A stretch of 64,000 bases of DNA, taken from Candidatus Sumerlaeaceae bacterium (lineage in GTDB: Bacteria; Sumerlaeota; Sumerlaeia; Sumerlaeales; Sumerlaeaceae). Of the stretch, positions 27,025-35,616 are shown one piece after another (positions within the stretch are counted from its first letter, which is position 1; each line of letters starts with the position of its first letter). The stretch lies in NCBI GenBank assembly GCA_019695055.1, contig JAIBAT010000143.1, forward strand, positions 22,571 to 86,570. Direction: 5' to 3'. A program made the position numbers and the translations under genes. The notes beneath the pieces are model-generated. The model was given only the letters and a program-made list of their open reading frames with translations, made no database searches and was not told the DNA's origin.

Positions 27025-28005
27025 ATGCCGCAGAATGTGAATCGCCGCCAGATTCTCAAATTCACCGGTGGGATTGCTGCGGGAGCGATTGCTGGGGGAT
27101 TGTTGCAACCGGTAATGACGGGTGCGGCGCCCATCAACCCAAACCGGAAGCGCGTTGGACGTGTTGCCCATCTGACCGATATCCACGTTGAGCCGGAACT
27201 CAGAGCTGACAAGGGGCTGGCTGCGTGCCTGAAGGCCGCCCGGGAATTGAAGGACAAGCCCGACCTGGTGCTGAACGGCGGTGACGCGATCATGGATTCG
27301 CTGAAGGCGACGCGCGAGCGAACTCAGGTTCAGTGGGACCTGCTGATGCGGGTTTTTAGGGATGAATGCCCGATACCCATCGAACATTGCATCGGGAATC
27401 ACGACATTTGGGGATGGGGCGGCGGAAAGACGGATGGCTCGGAGGCCGACTTCTTATACGGCAAGGAATGGGCCCAGGATGTGCTGCTCATGGAGAAGCC
27501 GTATCGCAGTTTTGACCGGTTCGGGTGGCACTTTGTGGTGCTGGACTCGATCCAGTACCGGCCGGGCGGCGGGTATATCGCGCGGATTGACGATGGGCAG
27601 ATGGAATGGCTGCAGGCGGACCTGGAGGCGACACCGGCGACCATGCCGGTATTGGTACTTTCCCATGTGCCAATCCTGAATGCCGGGGCCCTGATCGGGG
27701 GAAACAACCCGGTGGATGGCAAACAGTATATTGTGAGCGGCGCCGCGATGATCCTTGATGCGCGCAAATTGAAAAATCTGTTTTATAAGCATCCCAATGT
27801 GAAGCTGTGCCTGAGTGGACACATCCACCTGCTGGATCAGATCCGGTACAATGGGGTGACCTACATTTGCTCGGGGGCGGTCTGCGGAAACTGGTGGAAG
27901 GGAATTCTGCAGGAAACGCCGGAAGGCTTTGGTGTCATTGATTTGTACGACGACGGGAGTCATGACTTTCAGTATGTTGCCTACGGCTGGAAGGCCGGGG
28001 CTTAG
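27025..28005 (+). CDS. Tat-signal metallophosphoesterase
   Basis: Twin-arginine signal NRRQILKFTGG. Calcineurin-like motifs GGDAIMD, GNHD, SHVPI, GHIH. Confidence 0.85.
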   Translation: MPQNVNRRQILKFTGGIAAGAIAGGLLQPVMTGAAPINPNRKRVGRVAHLTDIHVEPELRADKGLAACLKAARELKDKPDLVLNGGDAIMDSLKATRERTQVQWDLLMRVFRDECPIPIEHCIGNHDIWGWGGGKTDGSEADFLYGKEWAQDVLLMEKPYRSFDRFGWHFVVLDSIQYRPGGGYIARIDDGQMEWLQADLEATPATMPVLVLSHVPILNAGALIGGNNPVDGKQYIVSGAAMILDARKLKNLFYKHPNVKLCLSGHIHLLDQIRYNGVTYICSGAVCGNWWKGILQETPEGFGVIDLYDDGSHDFQYVAYGWKAGA

Positions 28006-28061
28006 GCAATATCAAAACAGGGGTGCGCGCGAAATGGCGCAGCACGGGAAAGGGAGCAGTG

Positions 28062-29057
28062 ATGAGCAGCGATATGAAGCGCCGGGATCTCCTCAAGATG
28101 GCTGGTGGTTTGGCCGCAGGCACGGTTGCGGGGGGGCTGTTGGGATCGAAAGCCATAGCCGCAACAAATTCCGCCTCGACAGATGGGAAAGCAAAGAAGC
28201 GCGTATACCGCATCGCCCACATTACAGACGTTCACGTGAAACCGGAGGCGCGCTCACCTGAAGGAATGGTCGCGGCGTTGCAGCACATCCGGAACCAGCC
28301 GGACCAGCCTGACGTAATTTTCAACGGAGGCGACCTGATCATGGATGCTTTGGCCGCGACGCGCGAGCGAACAAAGATCCAATGGGACCTCGCGAAGAAA
28401 ATCCTGGCCGATGAAACCAAGCTGCCCATCGAGAACTGTATCGGCAACCACGACATCTGGGCGTGGGGCGGGGGCAAGACGGACGGCACGGAAGCGGATT
28501 TCCTTTATGGCAAGGAATGGGCGCTGGATGAATTGATGATGGAGAAACCCTACCGGAGCTTTGACCGCGCGGGTTGGCACTTCATCGTGCTGGATACCGT
28601 GCAAACGCGCCCCGGGGGCGGCGGATACTCGGCGCATCTGGACGACGAACAGTTTGAATGGCTCAAGGCGGATCTGGAGAAAACACCAGCCACCACGCCA
28701 GTGTTCGTCTTCTCGCACATTCCGATTATCAACGTGGGGTCTTACTTCTTCGGGAAGAACACAGAGAAGGACGGGCAGTGGAAGGTTATCAGCGTGCTAA
28801 TGCTGCTGGATGCGCGGAGGTTGAAGGACCTTTTCTATCAGCACAAGAACGTGAAGCTGTGCGTCAGCGGGCACATCCACCTGCTGGACCAGATCATTTA
28901 CAACGATGTAAACTACATTTGCTCGGGAGCCGTCAGTGGCAATTGGTGGGGCGGGCCATTTCAGGAGACGCCGGAAGGCTACGGATTGATCAACCTTTAC
29001 GACGACGGAAGCCACGATTACGAGTATGTGATTTACGGCTGGAAGGCGAAGGGCTGA
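28062..29057 (+). CDS. Tat-signal metallophosphoesterase (tandem paralog)
   Basis: KRRDLLKMAGG twin-arginine signal. Same motif set (GGDLIMD, GNHD, SHIPI, GHIH). Collinear with 27025..28005. Confidence 0.85.
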   Translation: MSSDMKRRDLLKMAGGLAAGTVAGGLLGSKAIAATNSASTDGKAKKRVYRIAHITDVHVKPEARSPEGMVAALQHIRNQPDQPDVIFNGGDLIMDALAATRERTKIQWDLAKKILADETKLPIENCIGNHDIWAWGGGKTDGTEADFLYGKEWALDELMMEKPYRSFDRAGWHFIVLDTVQTRPGGGGYSAHLDDEQFEWLKADLEKTPATTPVFVFSHIPIINVGSYFFGKNTEKDGQWKVISVLMLLDARRLKDLFYQHKNVKLCVSGHIHLLDQIIYNDVNYICSGAVSGNWWGGPFQETPEGYGLINLYDDGSHDYEYVIYGWKAKG

Positions 29058-29141
29058 GGGAGCTGGATTTCCATTGCGGTTGTGGTCTCGGGCCGGTGTA
29101 GGTGCTGGTTGGTTTAACAAGGAAAGATGGAAGGGAATCGA

Positions 29142-29930
29142 ATGATGAAGCGTTTCGTGATCACGGGATTGTTTGCGGCCGTATGCGCCACAGGATTTGC
29201 GGAAGAGAGTACCCAGACAGAGAAAAGTGTATGGGCCACGCCCATGGACAGCACCACAGTGACGGCCACGGACAAGGCCAAGCTGCCAACTTCCCTGCCC
29301 AAGGAGATTCACTGGTTCCGCAATTCCTCGGAATACAGGGCCTGTGCGATCCAGACTTACAAAATGGCAACGCAGGTCGTGGAGGCCAAGGCGAAGGACC
29401 TGACCTCGGGTACATGGGCCGTGATTCTCGATGCGGACGAGACGGTTTTGGACAATTCGCAGTTCCAAAAGGAATTGGGAATGAGTAACAAGAAGTTTGA
29501 TCCGAAACTGTGGGATGAATGGGTCATGCGAGGCGAAGCCGGGCTGATACCGGGTGCAAAGGCTTTCACGGACCGCGTGCGGGAGTTGGGTGGCATCGTG
29601 GCCATCGTGACGAATCGCAACGTGACCCAGCAGAAGATCACCGAGGACAACCTGAAAAAAGTCGGCGTTTACTACGACCTGATTTACTGCAAGTCCGGTG
29701 AGAGCTTCAAGGAGGAGCGGTTCAAGAAGGTGGAGGAGGGCGACAAGGAGAAGGGGATCGGCCCGCTGAAGGTGATCATGAATGTGGGCGACAATATCCA
29801 GGATTTCCCCAAGGCACGCCAGACACTGAGAAACGCCGCGGACGAGGGCGAGTTCAAGGATTTTGGGGACATCTTCATTGTGCTGCCCAACCCCATGTAC
29901 GGCTCCTGGGAGCGAAATCCGCAGAATTAG
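29142..29930 (+). CDS. 5'-nucleotidase / class C acid phosphatase, e(P4) family
   Basis: Signal peptide MMKRFVITGLFAAVCATG. HAD DDDD motifs AVILDADETVLDNS and GDNIQDF. C-terminal PNPMYGSWE. Confidence 0.8.
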   Translation: MMKRFVITGLFAAVCATGFAEESTQTEKSVWATPMDSTTVTATDKAKLPTSLPKEIHWFRNSSEYRACAIQTYKMATQVVEAKAKDLTSGTWAVILDADETVLDNSQFQKELGMSNKKFDPKLWDEWVMRGEAGLIPGAKAFTDRVRELGGIVAIVTNRNVTQQKITEDNLKKVGVYYDLIYCKSGESFKEERFKKVEEGDKEKGIGPLKVIMNVGDNIQDFPKARQTLRNAADEGEFKDFGDIFIVLPNPMYGSWERNPQN

Positions 29931-30005
29931 TTTGCGCGCGGCGATTGGCCTGATGCTAATTCCGCGAATCTACCCGCGATGACCTTGGGAAGGAACTGCC
30001 GCACC

Positions 30006-31826
30006 ATGAATTGGACTGCATTTTACAGACTTGCGGGCGCGCTTGCGTGTGCCGTGCTGATTGCCGGAAATCCTGCGGAGGCCGTCACCACGCGGACCGT
30101 GGCTTTGGCAGCTCACGAAGGTTCGGACGACCCGGTGGACGAAGCTCTTGCGGCGCCGATGGACCTGGATATCGCGGCATTGAAGGACAAGTACCAGAAT
30201 GCTGTGGTTAAGATTGAGTTCACCGCCCTTCGCAACCAGGACGAGACGAAACTCAATCCAACAAAGAGCGAGAACTACTACAGCGGCGAGGAACCGCCGC
30301 ACGGGTCGGGATTCTTCATCAGCGAGGACGAGATCGTCACGAATGCGCATGTCGTGGAGCAGGCGCGCACGGGCTCGATACGGATCAAATCCCCGGCGGC
30401 GGGAAATGTGGAGTTCAAAGTGGAAGTTCGCGGGGTGGGTGGTTCGGAAAATATCGACCTTGCCGTACTTCACCTGCCCAAGGACGAGCTTCTGCGACTT
30501 AAAAAGCGCTCGGGGTTAAAAAAGATCCCGACTTTGCAATTTGGGGATTCCGATTCCGTCAAACAGACTGATCCGCTGGCGATTTTTGGGTATCCGCAAT
30601 CGAGCGATGAATTGAAGATGATCCAGGCGAAGGTAACGGGGCGCGAGTACCTGCGCATTAAGCGCGGGCGGTTCATCTGCGGACACCAGTTCATCGAGGT
30701 GGGGCCCGGCGCCACCGTACAGCCGGGCAACAGTGGTGGGCCGGCACTGGATAAGAGTGGCAAGGTCGTCGGGATCCCGTCGCGCGGTTCGGGGTATGGC
30801 TCGGAGCAAGGGTTCCTGATTCCGTCGCGGGTTGTGCTGCATTTCCTGGATCGGGTGCGCCAGAGCGAAGGGGGCAAGAAGTCCCTCAATCTTCCGAAAC
30901 TTGGTATTGGACTAACGGAGAACTTTATTGGGACCTGCGTCTGGTCGGGTGCGCCGGAAGATGTGGTAACCTTTGAGCTCGGTGTGTTAATATCAGAGTT
31001 GGTCCCTGGATCACTGGCTGAAAAATGGGGCCTGAAGGATCAGGATATCCTCATTGGTTTTGCGAACAAGCAACTCGGGATATCCTGCGCACTGGACTTT
31101 GGCGGCTACCGCGTGGGAACCGGCCGCATGAAGAACTGGCCGGAAGGGCTGGAAAGCAGCGAAAGCGCCGAAGGCACAACAGAGCCGGAGCAGAGCAAGC
31201 TGCATCTATCGGAATTGGTCCTGCGTAGCAATCCGGGTGATGACATTACACTGTGGTACGTGCGACGGGGACAGAACGGCATTCAGAAGATCGAGAAGAA
31301 ATTCGAATACGTGAACGTGGGCAACATTCCCCACCTTGGCACGTTTGACAAACCGTCTTATGAACTGTGGGGAGATTTTGTGGCGCAAGACTTCAACGAG
31401 TTCAATACTTCGGTATTTGAGCTGCCGACTCGCGAATTGCTGCAGGGTGGTGTGTTGGTAACGTTTGTGGAGCCCAACAGCCTGGCAAGCCGCCGGGGAA
31501 TGGAACCGCACGCGCGCGACACCTACAGTTTCTCGTTCAATGATGACTACGAGCCAGCTACTACGTGGGCCATCATAGACACGGTGGATGGGAAGCCCGT
31601 GAAGAATCTTGCGGAGTTCAAGGCGGCGCTGCGCGCTGCGGAGAAAAAGTTTGCGGACGCCGAGAAAGCCCCGGGGTATGATCCGTCCCGACGCATGTTC
31701 CTCAAGGAGCGCTATGTGGAGATTGGATTCCGCACAAACACCCGCCAAGGCACTGTTTTGCGCCTGAATCCAGCGTTCCCCATAGACGAAGCACTGGAAA
31801 CTGCGAAGAAGGATAATCCGTCGTAG
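30006..31826 (+). CDS. secreted trypsin-like serine protease with PDZ-like C-terminal region (HtrA-like)
   Basis: Catalytic triad contexts TNAHVV, DLAVLHL, GNSGGPALD. Signal peptide MNWTAFYRLAGALACAVLIAG. Confidence 0.8.
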   Translation: MNWTAFYRLAGALACAVLIAGNPAEAVTTRTVALAAHEGSDDPVDEALAAPMDLDIAALKDKYQNAVVKIEFTALRNQDETKLNPTKSENYYSGEEPPHGSGFFISEDEIVTNAHVVEQARTGSIRIKSPAAGNVEFKVEVRGVGGSENIDLAVLHLPKDELLRLKKRSGLKKIPTLQFGDSDSVKQTDPLAIFGYPQSSDELKMIQAKVTGREYLRIKRGRFICGHQFIEVGPGATVQPGNSGGPALDKSGKVVGIPSRGSGYGSEQGFLIPSRVVLHFLDRVRQSEGGKKSLNLPKLGIGLTENFIGTCVWSGAPEDVVTFELGVLISELVPGSLAEKWGLKDQDILIGFANKQLGISCALDFGGYRVGTGRMKNWPEGLESSESAEGTTEPEQSKLHLSELVLRSNPGDDITLWYVRRGQNGIQKIEKKFEYVNVGNIPHLGTFDKPSYELWGDFVAQDFNEFNTSVFELPTRELLQGGVLVTFVEPNSLASRRGMEPHARDTYSFSFNDDYEPATTWAIIDTVDGKPVKNLAEFKAALRAAEKKFADAEKAPGYDPSRRMFLKERYVEIGFRTNTRQGTVLRLNPAFPIDEALETAKKDNPS

Positions 31827-31827
31827 C

Positions 31828-32613
31828 TTAATCCTCGATACTCAGGGGCGGGCCGGGCTTCTTGGTGTGCTGGAGCAGCCATTCGTAGATTTCCGGATTT
31901 GCGTAGGTGCGCGTCCACGAGTTGTGTGTGGCGTCTGGATAAATGGTCTGCTGCGCATCGCCGCCGGCTTTCTTTACCGCAGGAACCATGACCTCGGTTG
32001 CCGATACAGGAACGGCTTGATCCTTGGCGCCATGGAACGCCCAAATCGGAACGGTCTTCAAGTTCTCGGCCAGGTAGGGATTCCCTGCGCCGCAGATTGG
32101 AATGATGGCCGCGAATCGTTCGGGATGCTTTGTTGCGAGTTCCCAAGTGGCAAACCCCCCCATGCTTATTCCGGTTAGGTAGACACGATCCAGGTCGACG
32201 GGATACTTCTTTTCGACGTCGTCCAGCAAGGCCATTAAAGTGGGCTCATCCCACCACTGCTTCAAGGGGCACTGGGGAGAAACGACAATAAACGGAAAAG
32301 TTGTTTGTTCATCGAGGAAGGATGGGGGGCCGTGCTTTTTCACAAGGCTGAGGTCCGTGCCACGCTCACCGGAGCCGTGAAGAAAAAGGATCAACGGGTA
32401 TTTGGCCTTTCGCTCCCCCTTTGGCAGTTTCGGAATGTGGACCAGGTAATTACCGGAGAAAGTCTTTGTAACCAGCCTGTTAAACGTCGCTGCCTTCTGC
32501 CCCGTGGTTTCCTGCGAATCTGCCAGCCGGCTCCTGCGCGTTGCCGCATTCCCACTGGAAATTGAGACAATAGCAAGCGCCACAAATAGTGTGTGGGTAA
32601 AACAAGGTTTCAT
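31828..32613 (-). CDS. secreted alpha/beta hydrolase (esterase/peptidase-like)
   Basis: Signal peptide MKPCFTHTLFVALAIVSISSG. LILFLHGSGERG and nucleophile elbow GISMGG. C-terminal PDATHNSW. Confidence 0.7.
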   Translation of the reverse strand: MKPCFTHTLFVALAIVSISSGNAATRRSRLADSQETTGQKAATFNRLVTKTFSGNYLVHIPKLPKGERKAKYPLILFLHGSGERGTDLSLVKKHGPPSFLDEQTTFPFIVVSPQCPLKQWWDEPTLMALLDDVEKKYPVDLDRVYLTGISMGGFATWELATKHPERFAAIIPICGAGNPYLAENLKTVPIWAFHGAKDQAVPVSATEVMVPAVKKAGGDAQQTIYPDATHNSWTRTYANPEIYEWLLQHTKKPGPPLSIED

Positions 32614-32710
32614 GGATGCCACCTTTCATGAGTGTCGCTTAAGGTCATCCCCAGTTCTTCCCGCAAATCAACGGTATTGAAAGTCGCGTGGGACATTGCA
32701 TGGTTGCTTC

Positions 32711-34513
32711 ATGATTGCGGGTGATTGGAGAATGGTGGCGGTCGTGACCGCAGCAGCGCTAACGACTGGCATTGGCTCAGGCGTCGCAGGCGGAGCACAA
32801 GACACGGCGACGAGCACCACAACTCCTGGATACGTGACTTCAGCTCGGTGTGCGGAGTGCCACCAAAACGAACACGATTCGTGGTCCAGGACATTTCACC
32901 GGACCATGACGCAGGCCGCCAACGAGAAGACTGTGCGCGCGCCCTTTGACGGCAAGATCCTGAAATGGATGAGTATTCCTGCCATTCCTCGACGTCTGGA
33001 CGGAAAGTTCGTCATCGAAACCACCGATCCACGAACCGGGGAGATGCGGGAATTCCCCATTGAGCGCACGGTGGGATCACGGCGCATGCAGCAGTACTTG
33101 ACCAAGGTTGGAGACCGGTTTGTCCGCCTACCGGTGGCGTACTCCATGGAGGAGAACCGTTGGTTCCATTTGTCCGAGGCTTTTTTCAGCCCGGACGGCA
33201 TGGATTATCACGCCAACACGGCGGTGTGGGATGCGAACTGCATCTTCTGCCATAACGTCGGTGCGGACCCGGGCTGGAATGGATCGAAGAGGGCCAATCC
33301 CATAGTTGGGATGGAAGGGACCTTTGACTCCCACGTGGCCGAGCTCGGCATTGCGTGCGAAGCGTGCCATGGTCCCGGCGAGGCCCATCTGCAGAAGTGG
33401 AAGAGCGTTTCGAAGCCCGTGACGCTTCCGGCCTCACGTCCGGCCGATGCGTCGATTGTGAATCCTGAACGCCTCGCGAAGGACTTGAGCACCATGGTGT
33501 GCGGCCACTGCCACGGGCAACGAGTCCCCGCCGAGGAGGCCGCGATCCGCAAGATTATGGCCAAAGGTGATCCGTACAGGCCGGGCGAAGATTTGTCCAA
33601 ATATTACAAGCCGGTGACACATGAGACGCGCGTCGGGGAGTTCAGCTTCGCTCCGCGCTTCTGGAAGGACGGTTCACCTCGATTGACGGCCTATGAGTAC
33701 CAGGGGTTGCTGCGCTCGAAGTGTTTCACGAAGGGCAATATGAACTGTTTGTCATGCCATACCATGCACGAGGGGGATCCCCACGGGCAGTTGCGCCCGG
33801 ATTTGCCCGGTAACAAACTGTGCCTCCAATGCCACCACGAATACGAGGGCGAGAAGTTGACGGCCCACACTCATCACCCGGAAGGGGCACCGGGGAGTAG
33901 TTGCATTGCCTGCCATATGCCCCCGGTGGTTTACGGGGTCATGTCGTGGCACCCCACCCATGAGATCAAGACACCGGATCCTGTGCATTCGGCTGAGTTC
34001 AAGAAACCCGACGCCTGCACGGTCTGTCACACAGACAAATCCCTCCAGTGGGCCGAAGCCCGTGTTCGGGATTGGTGGCCCAAGGAGGGTCGGACAACCG
34101 CCGCCCTTGCGGCAGAGTTCGCCACTCCGGAAATCCCACGCGCGCTGTTTGCAGGGGACGCAGTTTATCGGACACTGGCCGCGCAACGCCTTGGGTTGCC
34201 CGCTCCAAGCCGGCGCATGGCCAAGTGGGCTGTACCGATGCTGGCCATGGCCCTGACGGACGAGTATCCCAATGTTCGGCGTACTGCGAGAAACTCATTG
34301 GTGGCGCTGACTGGGGATTCCAGTCTGCCACAGGCGCTGGATCCTGCGGAGGCTCGGACTGAAGCCATGGGAAGATGGGCACACGACCCAGTAACGCCCG
34401 CCCCATCAGCACGCACACGCATGCCTTTTGATGCCCAAGGGCTGATTAACACGACACAAACTATTGAGTGGAAAAAGATGAGGGTTGAAGTGCCTGTGAC
34501 CGTCGGGGAGTAG
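32711..34513 (+). CDS. octaheme c-type cytochrome with C-terminal HEAT-like repeats (start uncertain)
   Basis: Eight CxxCH motifs (CAECH, CIFCH, CEACH, CGHCH, CLSCH, CLQCH, CIACH, CTVCH). The C-terminus has PNVRRTARNSLVALTGD-type HEAT/PBS-lyase-like repeats. The ORF opens with TTG at 32696. Confidence 0.8.
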   Translation: MIAGDWRMVAVVTAAALTTGIGSGVAGGAQDTATSTTTPGYVTSARCAECHQNEHDSWSRTFHRTMTQAANEKTVRAPFDGKILKWMSIPAIPRRLDGKFVIETTDPRTGEMREFPIERTVGSRRMQQYLTKVGDRFVRLPVAYSMEENRWFHLSEAFFSPDGMDYHANTAVWDANCIFCHNVGADPGWNGSKRANPIVGMEGTFDSHVAELGIACEACHGPGEAHLQKWKSVSKPVTLPASRPADASIVNPERLAKDLSTMVCGHCHGQRVPAEEAAIRKIMAKGDPYRPGEDLSKYYKPVTHETRVGEFSFAPRFWKDGSPRLTAYEYQGLLRSKCFTKGNMNCLSCHTMHEGDPHGQLRPDLPGNKLCLQCHHEYEGEKLTAHTHHPEGAPGSSCIACHMPPVVYGVMSWHPTHEIKTPDPVHSAEFKKPDACTVCHTDKSLQWAEARVRDWWPKEGRTTAALAAEFATPEIPRALFAGDAVYRTLAAQRLGLPAPSRRMAKWAVPMLAMALTDEYPNVRRTARNSLVALTGDSSLPQALDPAEARTEAMGRWAHDPVTPAPSARTRMPFDAQGLINTTQTIEWKKMRVEVPVTVGE

Positions 34514-34528
34514 CCTCCCTCCATCCAG

Positions 34529-35476
34529 CTAAGAAACTGTTTCTGTTTCCACGGGGGCGTTTTGGCGGACGCTCAGAGTGGTGATGGCAACAACAGCGGC
34601 AATAATGAGGGCAGCGGCCACAACGGTCCGCGTGGTGAGGGGCTCCCCGGCCAGAGCCCAGCCGAGGACGACCGCAACCAACGGGTTGACGTAGGCATAG
34701 GTCGAGGCACGCGCCGGTGTGGTGTGCCCAAGCACATAAATGTATGCGCTAAATCCCACCAGCGAGCCAAAGGCGTACAGATAACCCAATGCCAGCAGGG
34801 ACCTCGTGCTGAAGGCGCCGGGATGAAGCAGGGACGTCTCGCCCGTTGCCAATCCCGCAATCAATAGCAGTGTGCCTCCCGCTATCATCTGGGCACCTGT
34901 GTTAAAAATCGGGGAAGCGGTTTTCGGCAAGCGCCTCGAGTAAAGTGATCCCACGGACCAGCTCAGCGCGGCCAACAATACAGTTCCAGCGCCGACAAGG
35001 TCGACAGGTTGGTCATGGGCACTCAGTTTCTGGGGTCCAATCAAGATGGCCAGACCGGCGAAACCGATTAGCAGCCCCGCAATGGTGCCCGGTGTAGGGC
35101 GATGGGATTTCAGCCAAAGCCAGTCGAGGAGCGTCATCCAGAACGGTGTAATGCCCACAAGGAGTGCGGCAATGCCGGAAGGAATGCGCTGTTCGCTCCA
35201 GACCACAAGCCCATTGCCTCCGAGTAAAAGAAAAGCGCCAACAATGGCCGCGCCGCGCCACTCCCCCCGTGAGATCGTGGGCGCGCCACGCAGCTTGCCC
35301 CACGCATAAAGCGTGGCGCCCGCCAGCACAAATCTTGCGCCAGACATGAGGAACGGCGGCAAGGTTTCGATGGCAATGCGAATGGCAAGGTAGGTGGATC
35401 CCCAGACAATGTAGAGGGCCACAAACGCAAGGATGAGAACACCCCGGGAACCTGACGATGACTGCGACGAAGTCAT
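34529..35476 (-). CDS. EamA/DMT family transporter
   Basis: 10-TM protein with two EamA halves (LILAFVALYIVWGSTYLAIR). Confidence 0.85.
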   Translation of the reverse strand: MTSSQSSSGSRGVLILAFVALYIVWGSTYLAIRIAIETLPPFLMSGARFVLAGATLYAWGKLRGAPTISRGEWRGAAIVGAFLLLGGNGLVVWSEQRIPSGIAALLVGITPFWMTLLDWLWLKSHRPTPGTIAGLLIGFAGLAILIGPQKLSAHDQPVDLVGAGTVLLAALSWSVGSLYSRRLPKTASPIFNTGAQMIAGGTLLLIAGLATGETSLLHPGAFSTRSLLALGYLYAFGSLVGFSAYIYVLGHTTPARASTYAYVNPLVAVVLGWALAGEPLTTRTVVAAALIIAAVVAITTLSVRQNAPVETETVS

Positions 35477-35616
35477 GGGAACCGATTCCGCCGACTGGCT
35501 GGGGAGATGTAAAGGGATTCCGGCAAGCTCGGCGCAATGCCCTTGACGGGCCCATGAACCAAGCCTACACCTTCAGAATTCAATCCAAACAACCCGCCCG
35601 AAAACTCGGAGAAACC

